Source: Cenococcum geophilum (lineage: Eukaryota). From it: DNA of 59,091 bases. How positions within the stretch are numbered: the stretch's first letter is position 1; the number at the start of each line of letters is the position of its first letter. A program made the position numbers and the translations under genes. The DNA is taken from the NCBI GenBank assembly GCA_050273025.1, contig CP158635.1, forward strand, positions 33,604,001-33,663,091. Reading direction: 5' to 3'. The notes under the pieces were generated by a model. That model made no database searches. It saw only the letters and a list, made by a program, of their open reading frames with translations, and was not told the DNA's origin. Below are positions 1 to 15,100 of this stretch, piece after piece.

Positions 1-1490
1 AGAAATATCCTTAATAGCTAGTGTAGGATAACGGTTAAATAGCTAGAGTATGTCGGAAAGATCCATTTCCTATAGTTAATTATTACTTATATCTTTAATA
101 GGAAGATAACTATAAGGTAGCTACCGGCCCGCTAATATATTTTATATAAAGTCTTCTATTAGTCGATTAAACTTAATAGTGTTTAGGTAAAACCGCTAGA
201 TAAGGTTAAGAAATACGTTAAATATACCTAATAAGAGCCGCTCTATAAAAGAATAAGGTATTTTAGATATAGGAATAAGAGTAAAAATGCTAGAACTAAG
301 TGCCTCCTATATATAATACTATTAATAGCCCTTATAAAGACACTTTATAAAGTACCGCTATTGCTTATTAGATGGAGTAGAGGAGTTAGCCAATAATAAA
401 GAAGGCGTATTTATAGATGGGTAGAGTGCCTTAAAGAGCTACTACTTAACTAAAGACGCGTTGCTAATACCTTTACCCTATATACTTAATTGCGTATAAT
501 CTAAGAGTGCTTTTACATTTTAATAGCAATTATAGAGGTATATAAGATAATAATAATAGAGAATCTCCTAAAGTATTCCGGTTGCTTTAATACTAGTAAT
601 ATTAAAGAAAGCCTTTTAGAAGCCTAATAGCGCTATATTTATATTCTGGCTGCTAGATATAGAAGTAACTAAGAACTATAATAATAATTAGGGAGGATAT
701 AAGGATAACTAAGGACTAGTCTGCCGGTTTAAATCTATAGTGCTATTTTTTCGCCAGTAGGTAAGTATAGCCTTAACGTTCTTAATAGCTTCGTTACTAT
801 TAATAGCGCTTACCCTATAGACTAACGCTAACGCCTTTTATCTACCTATTCTTATATAGTTAGCCTATTTAGCTAATTAGCTAAGCTTTCTTCCGTTTTC
901 CTATATATATATATTCTATATACTATCCTCTTTCTTAGTTATAAACACCTTTAAGAGCTTATTTTCTAACCTTCTATACCTATCTCTTTTCTTACGCCTA
1001 TTTATATTACTAACTATTATAATATACTCTAGGCCTAGTATAGTTATATAATTCTAAGTACGCCTAATAGGCGGTTAAGATAGAGAAGCATTAGATATTA
1101 GCCTTAGCCTTTTACCCCTATAATAGGTACTCTTATCGCTTATATTCCGTAGACCGTTATTTATAATACTAGCTATAGACCGAAACCGTACTAGGCTACT
1201 ATAGTTGCTATTATCCTCGCTTTATAGCTAAGAGTCTAGACTAGCGTTATCTATATTAACTAGTTTAGGTTTAAGTTATAGAAGTACTTTAGGCCTATAG
1301 GACCGGCGGATCTACTATAATATATCTTCCGGTAACTTTATAACAAAGAATAAGAGGCTAGGGTTAGTATTATCGCGTACCTATACTACGGGCATATTAG
1401 TGCCGATAAATAATACTAAAAGTAAATATAGAAGGAACGTTTACGTCTTTTAAGGCGTTATACCTAGGGCTAGAATTAATACAGCTATAG
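1..1490 (-). pseudogene. Relic of an uncharacterised gene (gene X), divergent from TLH copy 1
   Basis: Minus-strand frame over 480-241 de-RIPs to protein-like QGKGISDASL.K.QLFEALHP..W.YF.KCL.KG..W...QEALGSSIF.LIP; second copy at 40150-41580. Boundaries are those of the duplicated block. Confidence 0.55.
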
Positions 1491-1727
1491 TAGTGGGATA
1501 TTATTAAAGTAGGAAATCGCGTTAAGGAATTATATTAAGGCTAAGCTTTAGTTACGCGCTTTTATACCTTCCCCCTAAGAACTAAAACTAGAATACTATA
1601 AATAGTAATATAAAACTTACTAGGGAGTATTTCTAGAAGCCTTTCTAAAAATGCCCTTAGCTAAAGTTATAATCTATAGTAAGTATACTAAATAGCTATA
1701 TATAGGGAAATAGCATTTATTAAATAT

Positions 1728-4700
1728 ATAGAGAATTTAATCCATCTACCAGAATACTAAATTATTGTCTATACTACTTCCAATTATTAATATACGGTAT
1801 AGCCTTCTAAAGTCCGCTAATATTTTAGTGGCATCTACTATTAGCTAGATAAAGTCGAACTCTAAGAACTAGTATACCTTATTTAAGCCTTAAACTAACT
1901 TGTTTATAAACCTAATAAGTTACTAAATTTTTAGACCCTTAAGTAACTTGTCTTTTACCTAAATATATATTATAACGGGCTCCTTTACTAGCTTATACCG
2001 GAAATCTGCTAATATATATATAGAAGTATAAAGAAAATAGCTATATACTACTAAGATTAACACTTATAGAAGAAATACGCGTATAAGGGCCGCCTAACTA
2101 ATATTATTAGACAACTAACTAAATGGACTATACCTAATCCCTAGAAGTAAACCGCCTATTAAAGGCTATTCCTAAGCTAATATAGCTTAAGCTTTTTTGC
2201 CGTTAATATAGCTATAACCGATATAGAGGCGGATAATATTACTAAAGCTAGTAACTATAATTTTCTAGCATTTATATACGGTAGTTTTATCGCCCGTAAT
2301 AAGAAGAAATAAGTAATAAATACCTATATAGATTGCCGAAATGTCTTTAAGATAAACCCCTAGGTAGAATATACTAGGTAGTATAACTACTTTAATACCG
2401 CTAAGTTAGAATTACTTCTAGCCTTAATTAATAAACCTAACCTAGATAATAAGTTAACCTTTATTATAATATGGAACGCTATAGCTAAGCTTTACTAGAC
2501 CTATAATAAAACTATAACCTTAAAGACTAGTATCTTTCTATAGACCAAAGCTATTTAGGATTAGGTATACTAGAACTAATACTAACCCCTCTAATTATAC
2601 TAAGATAAGAAGCCCCCTAATAACTACTATAGACTATAGTAGATAGTGCTTATATTCTTTAGATAGATATAGCCTATAGTAAATAAAGTTAGCCCTAAAT
2701 ATATACTTAATAACTAATAAGAGTATACCTAGTTAGCGCTACTATATACCGTAGAGCGTAGTACTAATACCCCTACTAGGTTATATAAGGGTAATATACT
2801 TAGCCCCTTAGCTAAGGCTTACCTAGTATTTTATCTTTTACTTTTAAATTAGAGAGTATACAGTACCGAGTATAAAAGTTCCTTAGTATGTGTATTAGCC
2901 CTATAGGGTATAATAGTAGTAGGGTAAAAGGAGTGCGGCGTATATATTAAGATATTATCGGCTATAATAAAGCTTAGTTAGTTTATAGTTATATAAACTA
3001 CCCTAATTGCTAACGTAGACGCCGTCTATAGTAATGCCTACTAAGATATACCGGAGGGAAGATACCTAAAGTTGTTAACTAAGATAATAAACAAGTTTAT
3101 AGTATAAGGGACTAAGGGACTAATATAGTAAATGCTGGACCTTTAAACCTATAGCCTAAAGGTATACTTTAAAGTAATAATTAAGGGCGAGGTAGAATGG
3201 GTTAACGATAAGCTACTTTATAAAACTATTCGTTTTATAATACCTAAGTTTTGTAGTTTTATCTATAGCCTTATTAAAGATGTAGAATGTTTAGTTTACT
3301 AAGACCTGCTATTTAATAAACAATGTACTAGTACCCTAACCGTGCGGATTAAAGCCCTTTAGGACAACCCTAGTAACTCCGTTCTTAGCTAGAACTTTCT
3401 TTAAAACCCCTATAATAAGTATATTTTCTATACCTAGGACTAGCTTATAAACTATATTACGCTAGATAAATAGCGCTAGGCTATGTTTAAACTTTAAGGC
3501 CTAAAAGGTAGACTAAATAAGTCTAGTATTAAAACCTACCTTAACTAAGTTAAAGCGCTTTTATATAAGCTTTTAGTGCTTATATATATTGTAGGGAGCC
3601 AGTCTATAAGAGGTACTAAGATATTAAGTATACGCTATAGTAACACCGTTATAGGTAAACATTAAAACATTTTTATTATTTATAGTATAGTTATATTTAT
3701 ACCTTAATACTTTAAGGGCTTCCGTTATACTAAATAGTTTAAGGTTATTTACTAATTTATACCTAGTAAGGTTGGAAGATTAGTCATTCTATACCTTTAG
3801 CTTATATTACTATTTTAGCGTACGCTAGAGCAGATACTCCGGCCGGAGAATACTATATTATATAAAATGTGGCCGCCTAACGCGTAAGGCACTAAATAAA
3901 ACTCCGGCCGCTTTATTTATACCCTTTAATAAGAAACGGAGGCTAGCCTAGGATATAGGCTTAATATCTAAATATACCGCTAGGTTGCGATTACTATTAG
4001 TTAAAAGTACCTAAAGACTTAGTCTGCCTTTATTGAGAGTAATAATAATAGTAGCTTAAAAAAGGATAAGCTAGGATCTTTTAATACAATATATAAAGAG
4101 TAGGTAGGCTATATAGCCTAAATAGGCAAGACCGTATATACGCGTTTTATAGGAGAGTTAGTTGGAACTACTATAAGTAAAAGGCAACGATTCTAAAGAT
4201 TAAGTACTAAGTAGCACGCCTTCCTAGCCTTTCTCCTACGTGGCGCTGTAAATACTTTCTCTAAATTCTAAAAGTATATTATACTTATAGATCTAACCAG
4301 TAACGCTAAGTGGATAAGATAGCGCGGCCTAAGAACTATTAACGCTATAATATAGTTAAAAGCTATATGCGGAGAGTAAGCTAAATTTTAGGGTATATAA
4401 TAGATTAGTATCTATATAATCTTATATAGGGAAAGTTTAGTGGTTATTGTTATACTAATAGGTAGTAGTAAGAGTTTAATATTTATATTGCTGGCCGCTT
4501 ATAATAATACAGGCCTTACCATTATTATTATTCCGTTACTCTCTCTCTAATAGGATCTTCTATAAAAATGCAAATTAGCTAGGCTATAGGCCGTAGTATA
4601 GGATGGGCGTAGCCCTATTAACGCAGTATTAATAGTATTTATAACGCCTAAGGCGGTTAAAATAGATAGCTTTTAAATATTTATAAATAGAATACAAGTT

Positions 4701-6173
4701 ATAGGCCGCCTAGTATAAATCGTAATCAATAAATACTATACCGTATTAGACAGGAGTAGTAAGTTCCGCGCGCCTTTATAACGCCTAGGTTATTTAGCAG
4801 CTATATAAATATAGATAGTGCTTTTAATAGCTACTCTCCCCCTAATAAAAGAGTAGCGGCTTTAGCGTAAGATATACTTTACCGCTAAGAGTGTTAAGTT
4901 AATTAGGGCGCTTACTACTAAACGTAATATATACTACGCTATTATTAATATAGATAAGAAGCCGGTACGGAGCCTAACTATAGCCGCTATTAACTAAGCC
5001 GCTTAAGTTATTAGCCGCTATATTATGGGTTTACCAGAGCTATAGGGGAAAGCGATTATATACTACTATGTGAGATAGATAACTAATAATCTTAGTAAAA
5101 GCCTCTATTATGCAGCCTACTATTCCAAATTAATTAACTAAGAGGATATACTTAAGCGCTTTATTTCCAGTAATAATGGGACCGTTATTATTACGAGCTT
5201 ACTAGGTTTAGGCGTTAATATACCTAGTGTAAATATAGTGCTATACCTAGAAGCTTTAAGGTCGGTTAAAGACTACGCCTAAGAGAGCGGGAGAGTAGGC
5301 CGCGATGGAAGGGTAAGCTAAGCTGTTATTTTTCTTAGTAATAGGCTTAATGCGCCTACGGACAGCGATTAAGGCTATAGGGTAGCTCTACTAGACTATC
5401 TCTAAAGGGAAGTAGATGTTAAAACTTACCGTAGGGTAGTATTTAATAAATACCTAGACGGGAAAATAGACGGGATACTGGTCCGGAATAGTTATACTAA
5501 TAGTAAGGAGCTATATAACGTCTACGCTGCCAAACGGCTAGATAGTTAAGAGTTAGATATACCTATTCTTTTAGACGCTAATAAGGCCAAGTTTACAATA
5601 TAGAAAGCGCAGATAAGCGTTTAGCAATTAAAAGTAACCGCCTTAGTAAGGGCGGAATAGCTTACGCTAGAGTAGCTAAAATACTATCTTATTTAGTGGA
5701 CGATATACTACCTAATATATATAGCCTAGGCTAGTGAAGCCTTATATAATATACGTACCTATACTACGCCTTTAGCGGGCACCGTTTAGGATACCGCTAG
5801 AAGGTTATAATTAATGTTACGCTTTGCTAAGTTTAGTGGGTGTTATTACTATATAGTGCCTTAAGAGCTATATAACCGGTAGATAAAGGATCCCACTTAG
5901 GGCTAGAAACGAAGTGGAGTTAACTAGTACTAATATAGCGAGCTTATATTAAGCGTTATTTTAGGTATAATAGCGGCTATAGGGGATATTAAATAGGCCT
6001 AGGTAGAGCGCTTACGGCGATATAGTACTAACTCTAAGGATATAGAGAGTATAGCAGCGTTCTTATCGGTAAAAGTAGACGCCAATTAATTAGAGGTTCT
6101 TAGATTATTACTTAAGTTAGTATAATTAACCTAAGTAGTAAAGTAACGCTAAGTTAAGGGATTGCTACCTTAA
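1728..6173 (+). pseudogene. RIP-inactivated telomere-linked RecQ-like helicase (TLH-type, copy 1), about 1481 codons in one frame
   Basis: De-RIPed motifs all in one frame: DUF3505-like N-terminus (HLPEYQIIVC) at 1728; Walker A MPTGGGKSL ~4452-4478; IVIDECH ~4720; LLTATLPP ~4820; LGLGVDIP ~5200; DYAQESGRAGRDG 5271-5309; CRR..YLDG and CxxC motifs after 5428. Many in-frame TAA/TAG from RIP. Confidence 0.9.
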
Positions 6174-9100
6174 TAAGGGTCTTAAATAGTGTTATAGACG
6201 GTAGAGGTAAATAGCAATATAGATAGTAGATAGTAATTAAGGCAGTTTTTTAAAAGCCTTTCTAAAAGTTACCCTAGCTAACGGCCTAACTATAGTATAA
6301 TATTAATATATTTGCCCTAGTAATATAAGTAGTATAGATTAGTTCTAAAAATAAGGCTAAAACTAGTCTAAAATTTGAATTGAATCTTTAATATAGCTGC
6401 TTTGCCTAAGGGTATAAAATATCACTATGCTTGCGTATCCAAGTTAGGTAATTCTTTTCCTTAATAACATTCTAAATTTGTTTTACTTAGCTATATACTA
6501 AGTTAGCTAATTTATAAAGGAGGGAATACTAGCCTTATAATTTTCCCTCCTTATTATAACGGACGCGATATATCTTATATAGTAGCTCCTAAATAGTTAG
6601 GGGGTTAGCTAAGTCTTTTTCTATATCTATAGTAATATAGAATAAGATTTAGTTTAGCTTTAGGGCTTAAAATGGCTTAATATAGGCGTAGTATTTCCTA
6701 AATTCTAAACTATTAGTTAAACGTCCTACAAAAGCGAGATATGCCTTAATGGCGTTAGTGTACTCGGAAGGGTCCCAACCGGTAAATTCGTTTACTTAAA
6801 GTTTAAGAATTATATATTTTAGCTAGTATTTAGCACTAAAGGGGTTTAACATTGTGATATATAGATAAGGGGTATTAGCCTTTAGTTATTTAGGATTTTT
6901 AGGTAGTTAGAAGTATAGGGAAATTGCTTAGCTACTAGAAGCGTTAGCTACTATATATACGCAGCCACCTTATATATATTATTACGGCCTAGCGGAATAG
7001 TAACTAATAGGAGACCTAGGTAGTAGTAGGATTAGTTTACCTATAGAACTAATAGATACTTATTATAAATTAATAATAGGGTATCTATATAAGTATAAAT
7101 AAACCAACCATTAGCACGGGTTACGTGACCTATTTATTAGTACTATTATAGAAGTAGTCCACGACTTTAGTTAAGGTTATTAGGACTTAGTAAGGTAAGC
7201 TAATAGATTATAATAGAGAAATAATATAGAATATAGCACGACTACTATTACGTTTATAGAGTAACAATTCTTTTTAGACGGTTTTTTAGTAAATATCGTA
7301 TCTTACTTTACCCTTTAAGCCTATCTCCTAAGGTATTATAAGGTAGGAAGTATATTAATTATTACCTCCTTATACCCTAGGCCTTATAGACTTATAATAC
7401 TACTACTATTTTAACCCGAACCCGAACTAGGCTACCTATTTATTAAGTCCTTAGCGCTAAAGTTTTATACGTTATATCTAATCCTTAATTATACCTATTA
7501 CTAAGTACGTATCTAGATATAATTACTACAAATGCTTAGAGCTTAGAGGAGATAGGCTATAATAAGGTAGATATAAACTAGCTAAGTCTTAGTCTTATAT
7601 ATTAAGGGCTCGTAAAAGATTTTATATAGATCTACTTATAGGTATATAAATTTCTTAGTTAGGGCGTATAAAAGCTACTAAATATTTAACGTAATAATAG
7701 GGATAGAGATAGCCACAATCCTAGTAATAATAGTAATATTACTCGTATATTTTAAAGAGAATAAATTAGAGTAAGATCTAGGCGGCGTTAAAAAGGATAG
7801 TATAGCCTTAGTAGGGTGTTTATAAGGACTAACTCCGCACTATATAAAAGGTTTATAGAGTTAGGCATTACTGCTACCTAATAAGGCGCTACCTTAGTAG
7901 CATTATACGATACTAGGCTATATAGTATTAGGGGTAAGAGAGTACTACTTATATAAAAAAATGCACATAATGGGGGTAATAAAGGCGATATTTAGTGCTA
8001 AAGAGAAATTTATTTCACTAATCTCTACTATCCCTTTTGCTAGTTCTATAAGAGGCGGACCATACATAAATAATAGAATTAAAAGTATACATATAGTCGC
8101 GGGGTCTTAATTATATTAATTCTATTAGCTAGCTCTTATTAATAATAGTAGGACGGGATATACTAGTGGAAGGGATAGCGTAACCTCTAGGGTAAGAAAT
8201 ATAAATGCTTTTATAAACCTTTACTAAGTGTTATAGCTTAAATAAATGCTTTTAAATCAAAGCTTAGATAAATGCTATATTATAAAAATACTAAGCTAAG
8301 GAGAAGGAAAGATATAAAGAAATATATAGGCTAGTCACTAAGGCGCTAGCTAAGCCGAGGGATTATTACCTAGATAGTAGATAGTAAATTAAGGTAGTTT
8401 TTTAGAAGCCTTCCTAAAAGTCCTTATATTAGTAGTAGCGTAGTACGCGTAGCTAAAGTAAGGAGGTTGGTAACGAGAAAAGTATTATATAAAGAGGCCG
8501 AATTGGTTAAATAAGGTATCTAGAATTAGTTAGGATTAATATAATATACTAGCGATTCTATACCGCTATATGGCGAGTATAGGAGAAAAGGCCCTTTGTA
8601 TATGCACTGCTATTAAAATCACCTTTATAGCGTTAGTATGGATAACTAGGTTTTTAGACCTTAGTCGGCGTAGTCTTACCCCGCTAATATTCTTATATAG
8701 GCCAACTACCGCAATAGAATATAACAAAATCAACTTTCTTAAATTTTAGTTACTTTCCCGTTTAAGTTACACTATTCTATCACATATACTATATTAAGAT
8801 GTCTCCTCTTATATAACTACTCTTTAATAAGATATAAATAGATAACTTTAGCACTAATCCGGCTTAGGTAATACTTTAGATTTATATAACGGACCTACCT
8901 AAATGCCCTTAAAACCGTTATAATACTCTTATAGATATATTCTATCGTTAATTCCTTAACTAGCAATACTGTTATAAACCGCAGCTTTTAGCTTACAACT
9001 ATATATATATACCTCCGTATTTTAACACGGACAAACCTATATAAAAGTGGTTTGTTTTAGACCTTAACGTTTAAAGCCGCCTAAGTAGAGACGAAGTGCT

Positions 9101-12100
9101 TTTTTTTCTATATATAGTATACTTAGTGTTTTAGCAAGAAAACTAATAGTATATTAACCGGTCATTATATTTATCTATAATAGGCTAATATATTACAACA
9201 GGCTGTTTATCCCTTAAGAACGTTATATTAAGAAAGTAAAAGCGTACTACTATACTTTTTATTAGGGAGGGAGACAGGAGTAAGAATTAGTAGCGAAACT
9301 AAAACTTAATATATTATAACAATAAAGATAAGCTTAAAAGTTCTTGGGCATAAATAGATAAGCAGCTAGTAGTAAGGGAGATTAGAATAGCTCTTAACTC
9401 TATTAATATAAACACTATAAAGTGCGTTAATATTTAATATTAATATAGGACGTGTTTATCTGTGTCTCTGTAATTCTTACTATTGCCCTAAGCTAGAAGT
9501 TATATCCTCCTAGGAAGTTTTAGGTGGCGTCTCCCCTTAGTATTTAGGATAGTTAATGCTATTGTCGTCTTCTTAAAGGATATATTCGCGGTCTTGTGGT
9601 AGAGGATAAAGAGGACTATCTAGTGGGACATTTATACATTTTATATAATGCTTAAATTAAAGCAGATCTTCTCCCCTTTATTTATGGATGGCTACGTAGC
9701 GAAATTAAGCGATAACGTCTTAATATATACTATATAATTCTAGCAAAATTTAAGTTATTAGAGAACTACTATTTTTACTTTAAAGGATTTGGAATACTAG
9801 AATTTATAAATCATTTATATAAGGTTAGCCTAGAAATATACTAAAAATATTTTTATTTTTAAATCTATCCTACTAGGCATCTAGCCGGGCGGTTAGAGGA
9901 ACATCGCCTTTTTATTAAAAGTGTTAATATGCCGGAATTTAGTAGCGCTAAATGCCTAATTTTGGCCACGACCTAATGTACTAACTCTTAGCCTCTCTCT
10001 TCTCTCTAGCTTATATACTTTAGCCCCCTAAAATAGGGAATAAAAAGGAAAAAAAAATAGAGAAGAATAAAATTGTAATATAGAAGGCATTATAAGACGC
10101 TTTAAGAACGTAATATAAATCTATTTATATATAACCTCTCTTCTTTTCCCCCCCTAGCCATACTATATTGTCTTTTATCCCTACTTATAGATCTTTTTAA
10201 CTATCTCCCCGATTTCGGCGTACTTATCTATATATTTTATAAATTAGGGGTATTACTAACTTACCTTAGAACCTATCTGCGTACGTATTATATAGACTAT
10301 GCTAAGTACTCGCTAGGTAGCAATGTATAAAGTAATATTTAGAAAGCCTTTTAAGAAATGGTCCTAGTATACGACTTATAAAGTAAAGTTCCCTAAAAGT
10401 CTATAAGATGTGGGGGTTTAAACGTTAAGTATTATAAGAATAGGCTAGCAAATAGTACTATGGACCGTAAATAATAATAATATTCGCTATTACGTTACTT
10501 TAGATGGTTAAGGCAGTTTTTTAGAAGCTTTTTTAAAAGTTCCCCTAGCTAACGGCCTAACCGTAGTACAATATTAATATATTACTTTGCCCCAGTAATA
10601 TAAGCGGTTTAGATTAGTTATAAAAATAAGGCTAAAACCAGTCTAGAATTTAAATCAAACCTTTAATATTACTACTTTGCCTAAGGTAATAAAATATTAG
10701 TATACTTGCGTATCTAAGTTAAGTAATTATTTTCCTTAATAACGTTCTGAATTCGCTTTACTTAGCTATATACTAAGTTAGCTAATTTATAAAAGAGGGA
10801 GTACTAGCCTTATAACTTCCCCTCCTTATTATAATAGACGCGATATATTTTATGTGGTAGCTCCTAGATATTTAGGGAGTTGGCTAAGTTTATCTCTATA
10901 TCTATAGTAATATAAAATGAGGTTTAGTTTACCTTTAGGGCTTAAAACGGCTTAATATAGGAGTAGTGTTTCCTAAATTCTAAATTATCGGTTAAACGTC
11001 CTGCAAAGGCGAGATATGCCTTAATGGCGTTAGTATACTTAGAAGGGTCCTAACTAGTAAATTTATTTACTTAAAGTCTAAGAATTACACGTTTTGGCTA
11101 GTATTTAGTACTAGGGGGGTTTAATATTATATAGTATATAGATTGGGGGTTAGCTTCTAGTTGTTTAGGATTTTAAGTATAGGGAAATTGCTCGGCTATT
11201 AGAAGCTTCGGCCACCTTATATATATATACTCTATAATAGCCTAACCAAATAGCAACTAATAAGAGACTTAGGCGGTAGTAGGATTGGTTTACTTATAGG
11301 ATTAATAGACACCTATTACGAATTAATAATAGGGTGTTTGCATAAGTGTAAGTAACAATTCTTCTTAAACAGTTCCTTAGCAATTATTGCATTCTACTTT
11401 ACCCTTTAAGCCTATCTCCTAAGGTGTTATAAGGTAGAAGGTATATTAATTATTACAATTATATACTCCGGGCCTTATAAACCTATAACACTACTACTAT
11501 TATAACCCTTACCTAAACCGGGCTAGCTATCTATTAAGTTCTTAGCGCTAAAGTTATATACATTATATCTAATCCTTAGTTATACCTATTGCTAAGTATA
11601 TATTTAGACATAATTACTATAAACCCTAAGAGCTTAGAGGAGTTAGGCTAGAATAAGGTAGATATAAACCGGCTAAGTCTTAGTCTTATATATTAAGGGC
11701 TTATAAAAGATCTTAAATAGATCTACTTATAGGTATATAAAGGGTTTAGTTAGGGTATATAAGAGCTACCGAATATCTAACGTAATTATAGGTATTTAGA
11801 TGGTTATACCCTTAATAATAATAGCAATGTTACTCGTATATTTTAAAGAGAATAAATTAGGGTGAGATTTAGGGGGTATTAAGAAGAATAGTAAGGTGTT
11901 TATAAGGACTGACGCCGTACTATATAAAGGGGTTATAGAGTTAGGTATTATTACTGCCTAATAAGGCGCTACTTTAGTGGTATTATATAACACTAGGCCA
12001 CATAGTATTAGGGGTAGGGGAGTATTACTTGCTTAAAAAAAATGTATATAATGGAGGTAATAAAGGCGATATTTAGTACTTAAGAGAAACTCGTTCTATT

Positions 12101-15100
12101 AATTTCTACTATAGCGCAACCTCTAGGTGTTACGGTATTGGCAAATTACGGCAGATTATAGCAGATTGCCGTAGGTTGCGGTTATGTAACTTGAAGATTA
12201 TATAAATCTTTAAGCGGTGCTGCTTGTCCTCTCCTTTCCTTTTCCTTAACTTTAGATCTTCGTTAATAAACCCTTTTAAGAAATAGTCTTTGTATATAAC
12301 GTAATGCCTATAACTAATAAAAGGGTATATATAAAGTGAAGTTTCTAAAAGTTTATAAGGGCGTAGGACTAAGCAGGTAGTAAAAGCGAACGCTAATTAA
12401 TTAGAGGTTCTTAGATTATTGCTTAAGTTGATTTAGTTTACTAAAATAATTAAGCAACGCTGGGTAGGTCTTATATAATAGGTCTATATAGATTAGCTAA
12501 AGGATTTACTACCTTAATAAAGTTTTTTTTAAATAGTATTTAAAACAACAATATTTGCCACTACGTTAGTTTAGATGGTTAAGGTAGTAATAGTTAAGGT
12601 AGTTTTTTAGAAGCCTTTCTAAAAGTTACCCTAGCCGACGGCCTAATCGTAGTATAATATTAATATTACTTTGCCCTAGTAATGTAAGCGGTTTAGATTG
12701 ATTTTAAAGCCTAAAATCTAAATTAAACCTTTAATATGGCTGCTTTGCCTAAAGGTATAGAATATTACTATACTTGCGTATCCGAGTTAGGTAATTCTTT
12801 TCCTTAACGTTTTTAGTTCATTTTACTTAGCTATACCTCCTTATTATAACGGACGCGATATATATTATACGGTAGCTCCTAAATAGCTAGGGGATTGGGT
12901 AAGTCTTTCTTTATATTTATAGTAATATAAAATAAGATCTAATTTAGCTTTATAGCTTAAAACGGCTTAATATAGGCGTAGTGTTTCCTAAATTCTAAAC
13001 TATTGGTTAAACGTCCTATAAAAGCAATATATGCCTTAATAGCGTTAGTGTGCTTAGAAGGGTCCTAACTAGTAAAATTATTTACTTAAAGTCTAAGAAT
13101 TATACGTTTTGGCTAGTGTTTAGCACTAAGGAGATTTAATATTATATAATATATAGATTAGGAGGTACTGGCCTCTAGTTATTTAGGATTTTAAGTAGTT
13201 AGAAGTATAGGGAAATTGCTTAGCCGTTAAAAGCGTTAGCTATCTTATATATATTATTATAGCTAAGCTAAATAAACTAACTATTAGCATAGGTTATATA
13301 ACCCCTTTATTAATTTAAGGTATAAATAATCTATATATTTAGATACTAGAATTTAAACCTCTACTAAGTTAGCTTTTAATTAGTTAAAAAAAAACTTATA
13401 TATAATAAGTTATAGTAGAATCTATATAATAAATATTAAAATATTATAAAGTATAAGTAGTCTATACTTTTAAAATACTATATATTAAGCTTTAATAAAG
13501 CCCTATAAAAGCTCTATATAAAGCTCTATTAAAGCTTTATATAAGCCTTTACCTAAAGCTTACCCTTTATTATAAAATAGCCCTTATAGTATAATATAAT
13601 AAAAGTATATTTTAATAAAATAATACTATCTAGTAGTAATTAAGGCACTTTAGCTTTATTATTACTTTTAAAAGCTTTATAAAGGGGTTTAAGAAGTCTT
13701 TTTTTAGAAAGCCTTATATATATAATAATATTAATTAAATTTTATATTACTTTTAAATTAAGCCTAACTTAAATAGGGTACTTTAGTTACTATAATAGAT
13801 CTTTTTAATAAAATAATATTACTTAATAATAAATAAAGTAAAAGCTCTATAAAGAGGGGTTTTAAGGGGTTTCTTTTAAAAACCCTTATATATATATATT
13901 AATATATTAATTAAACTTTATATATAAGGCTCTAAGTTAAAGCTTTTAAACTTAGATTAAAGTTTATATAAAATACCTAATATTTTATATATTTAGTGCT
14001 ATTATAAAAGTTATTTATAACTCTAGTTAAGGTTATTAGAACTTAATAAAATAAGCTAATAAATTAATATAGAAAATTAATATAAAATATAGTATATTTA
14101 CTTTTATACTTATAGACTAAGTAATAAATCTTTTTAAATAGTTTTTTTTTTTGTAAATATTATATATTATTTTACCTTTTAAGCCTATTTCCTAAGGTAT
14201 TATAATATAGGAGGTATATTAATTATTGCCTTCTTATACTTTAGGACCTATAATACTACTACTATTTTTTTAATTAATATTAGAGACAGCTTAAGATATT
14301 TAAGAATTTCTCTTTTTAGTATTTACGTATATTGCTAACAATCTTCCTAAGGTATCGCAATATCTAGATCTTATTCGCGATTCTTATACCGCCCTAGGCG
14401 TGTAGATAATCTCTAATAATGTCGTTAAACACGAAATTAGAATAGAACCCCGATACGGATTTTAAGTAGAGGATAATAGACTTATACTAAAGGCATGTCT
14501 ATATAAGGCGGAGTTAGAATATAATATTAATAAGAGAAAGGGAAAATATAAAAAGAATAATATAAAATCTAAATGTAGGAAATTGGATATAGATAGGGAG
14601 CTAAAAGCTTTTATATAAGATCTATTATTATCTATCGTTAATAAGTTGGCCTAAAAGGATAATGGGCTAATAGATAAAGAGTAGATGGGTCCTTTAACTA
14701 ATTTAGAAATTGGTAAGGATTAGTTTTAGTATAAGGGGGTAGGCGCCTATTATGTGGGTACCGGGCTAGGATATCTATGGCATTATTAGTGGGATTATAT
14801 AGAGAAGGGCCTTTTATTTGGATAGACTTATAAGGGCCTAAAAATAATTAATAAAGAGGAACTTATATATGATTTTTAGGACTAGGTAAATCTTTCTTAA
14901 ATAATTTTATAAATTATTTTTAAGATATAGAGGCGTTTATAAATACTCCGTAGGACTACTAAATAAGGAAGTTCGTAATAACTAAAACAGCCCTTTCCCT
15001 AAAAAACACGTATTAGCTTATAAAATTTCCACCCTAAGGTAAAATATGCAAATAGATATTAGATAAAAGTTAATCTTTAATAATATTAGATATAGGTTTA

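Noticed and set aside
1728..6173. Alternative genetic code (TAA/TAG read as Gln) to explain long frames full of stops
   Set aside because: Stops replace Trp and Arg as well as Gln, and missense changes follow the same C>T/G>A pattern, as expected from RIP.
7135..7266. Possible 132-bp solo LTR (tattag..taaca)
   Set aside because: No convincing target duplication, and the paralogous copy at ~11350 keeps the right end.
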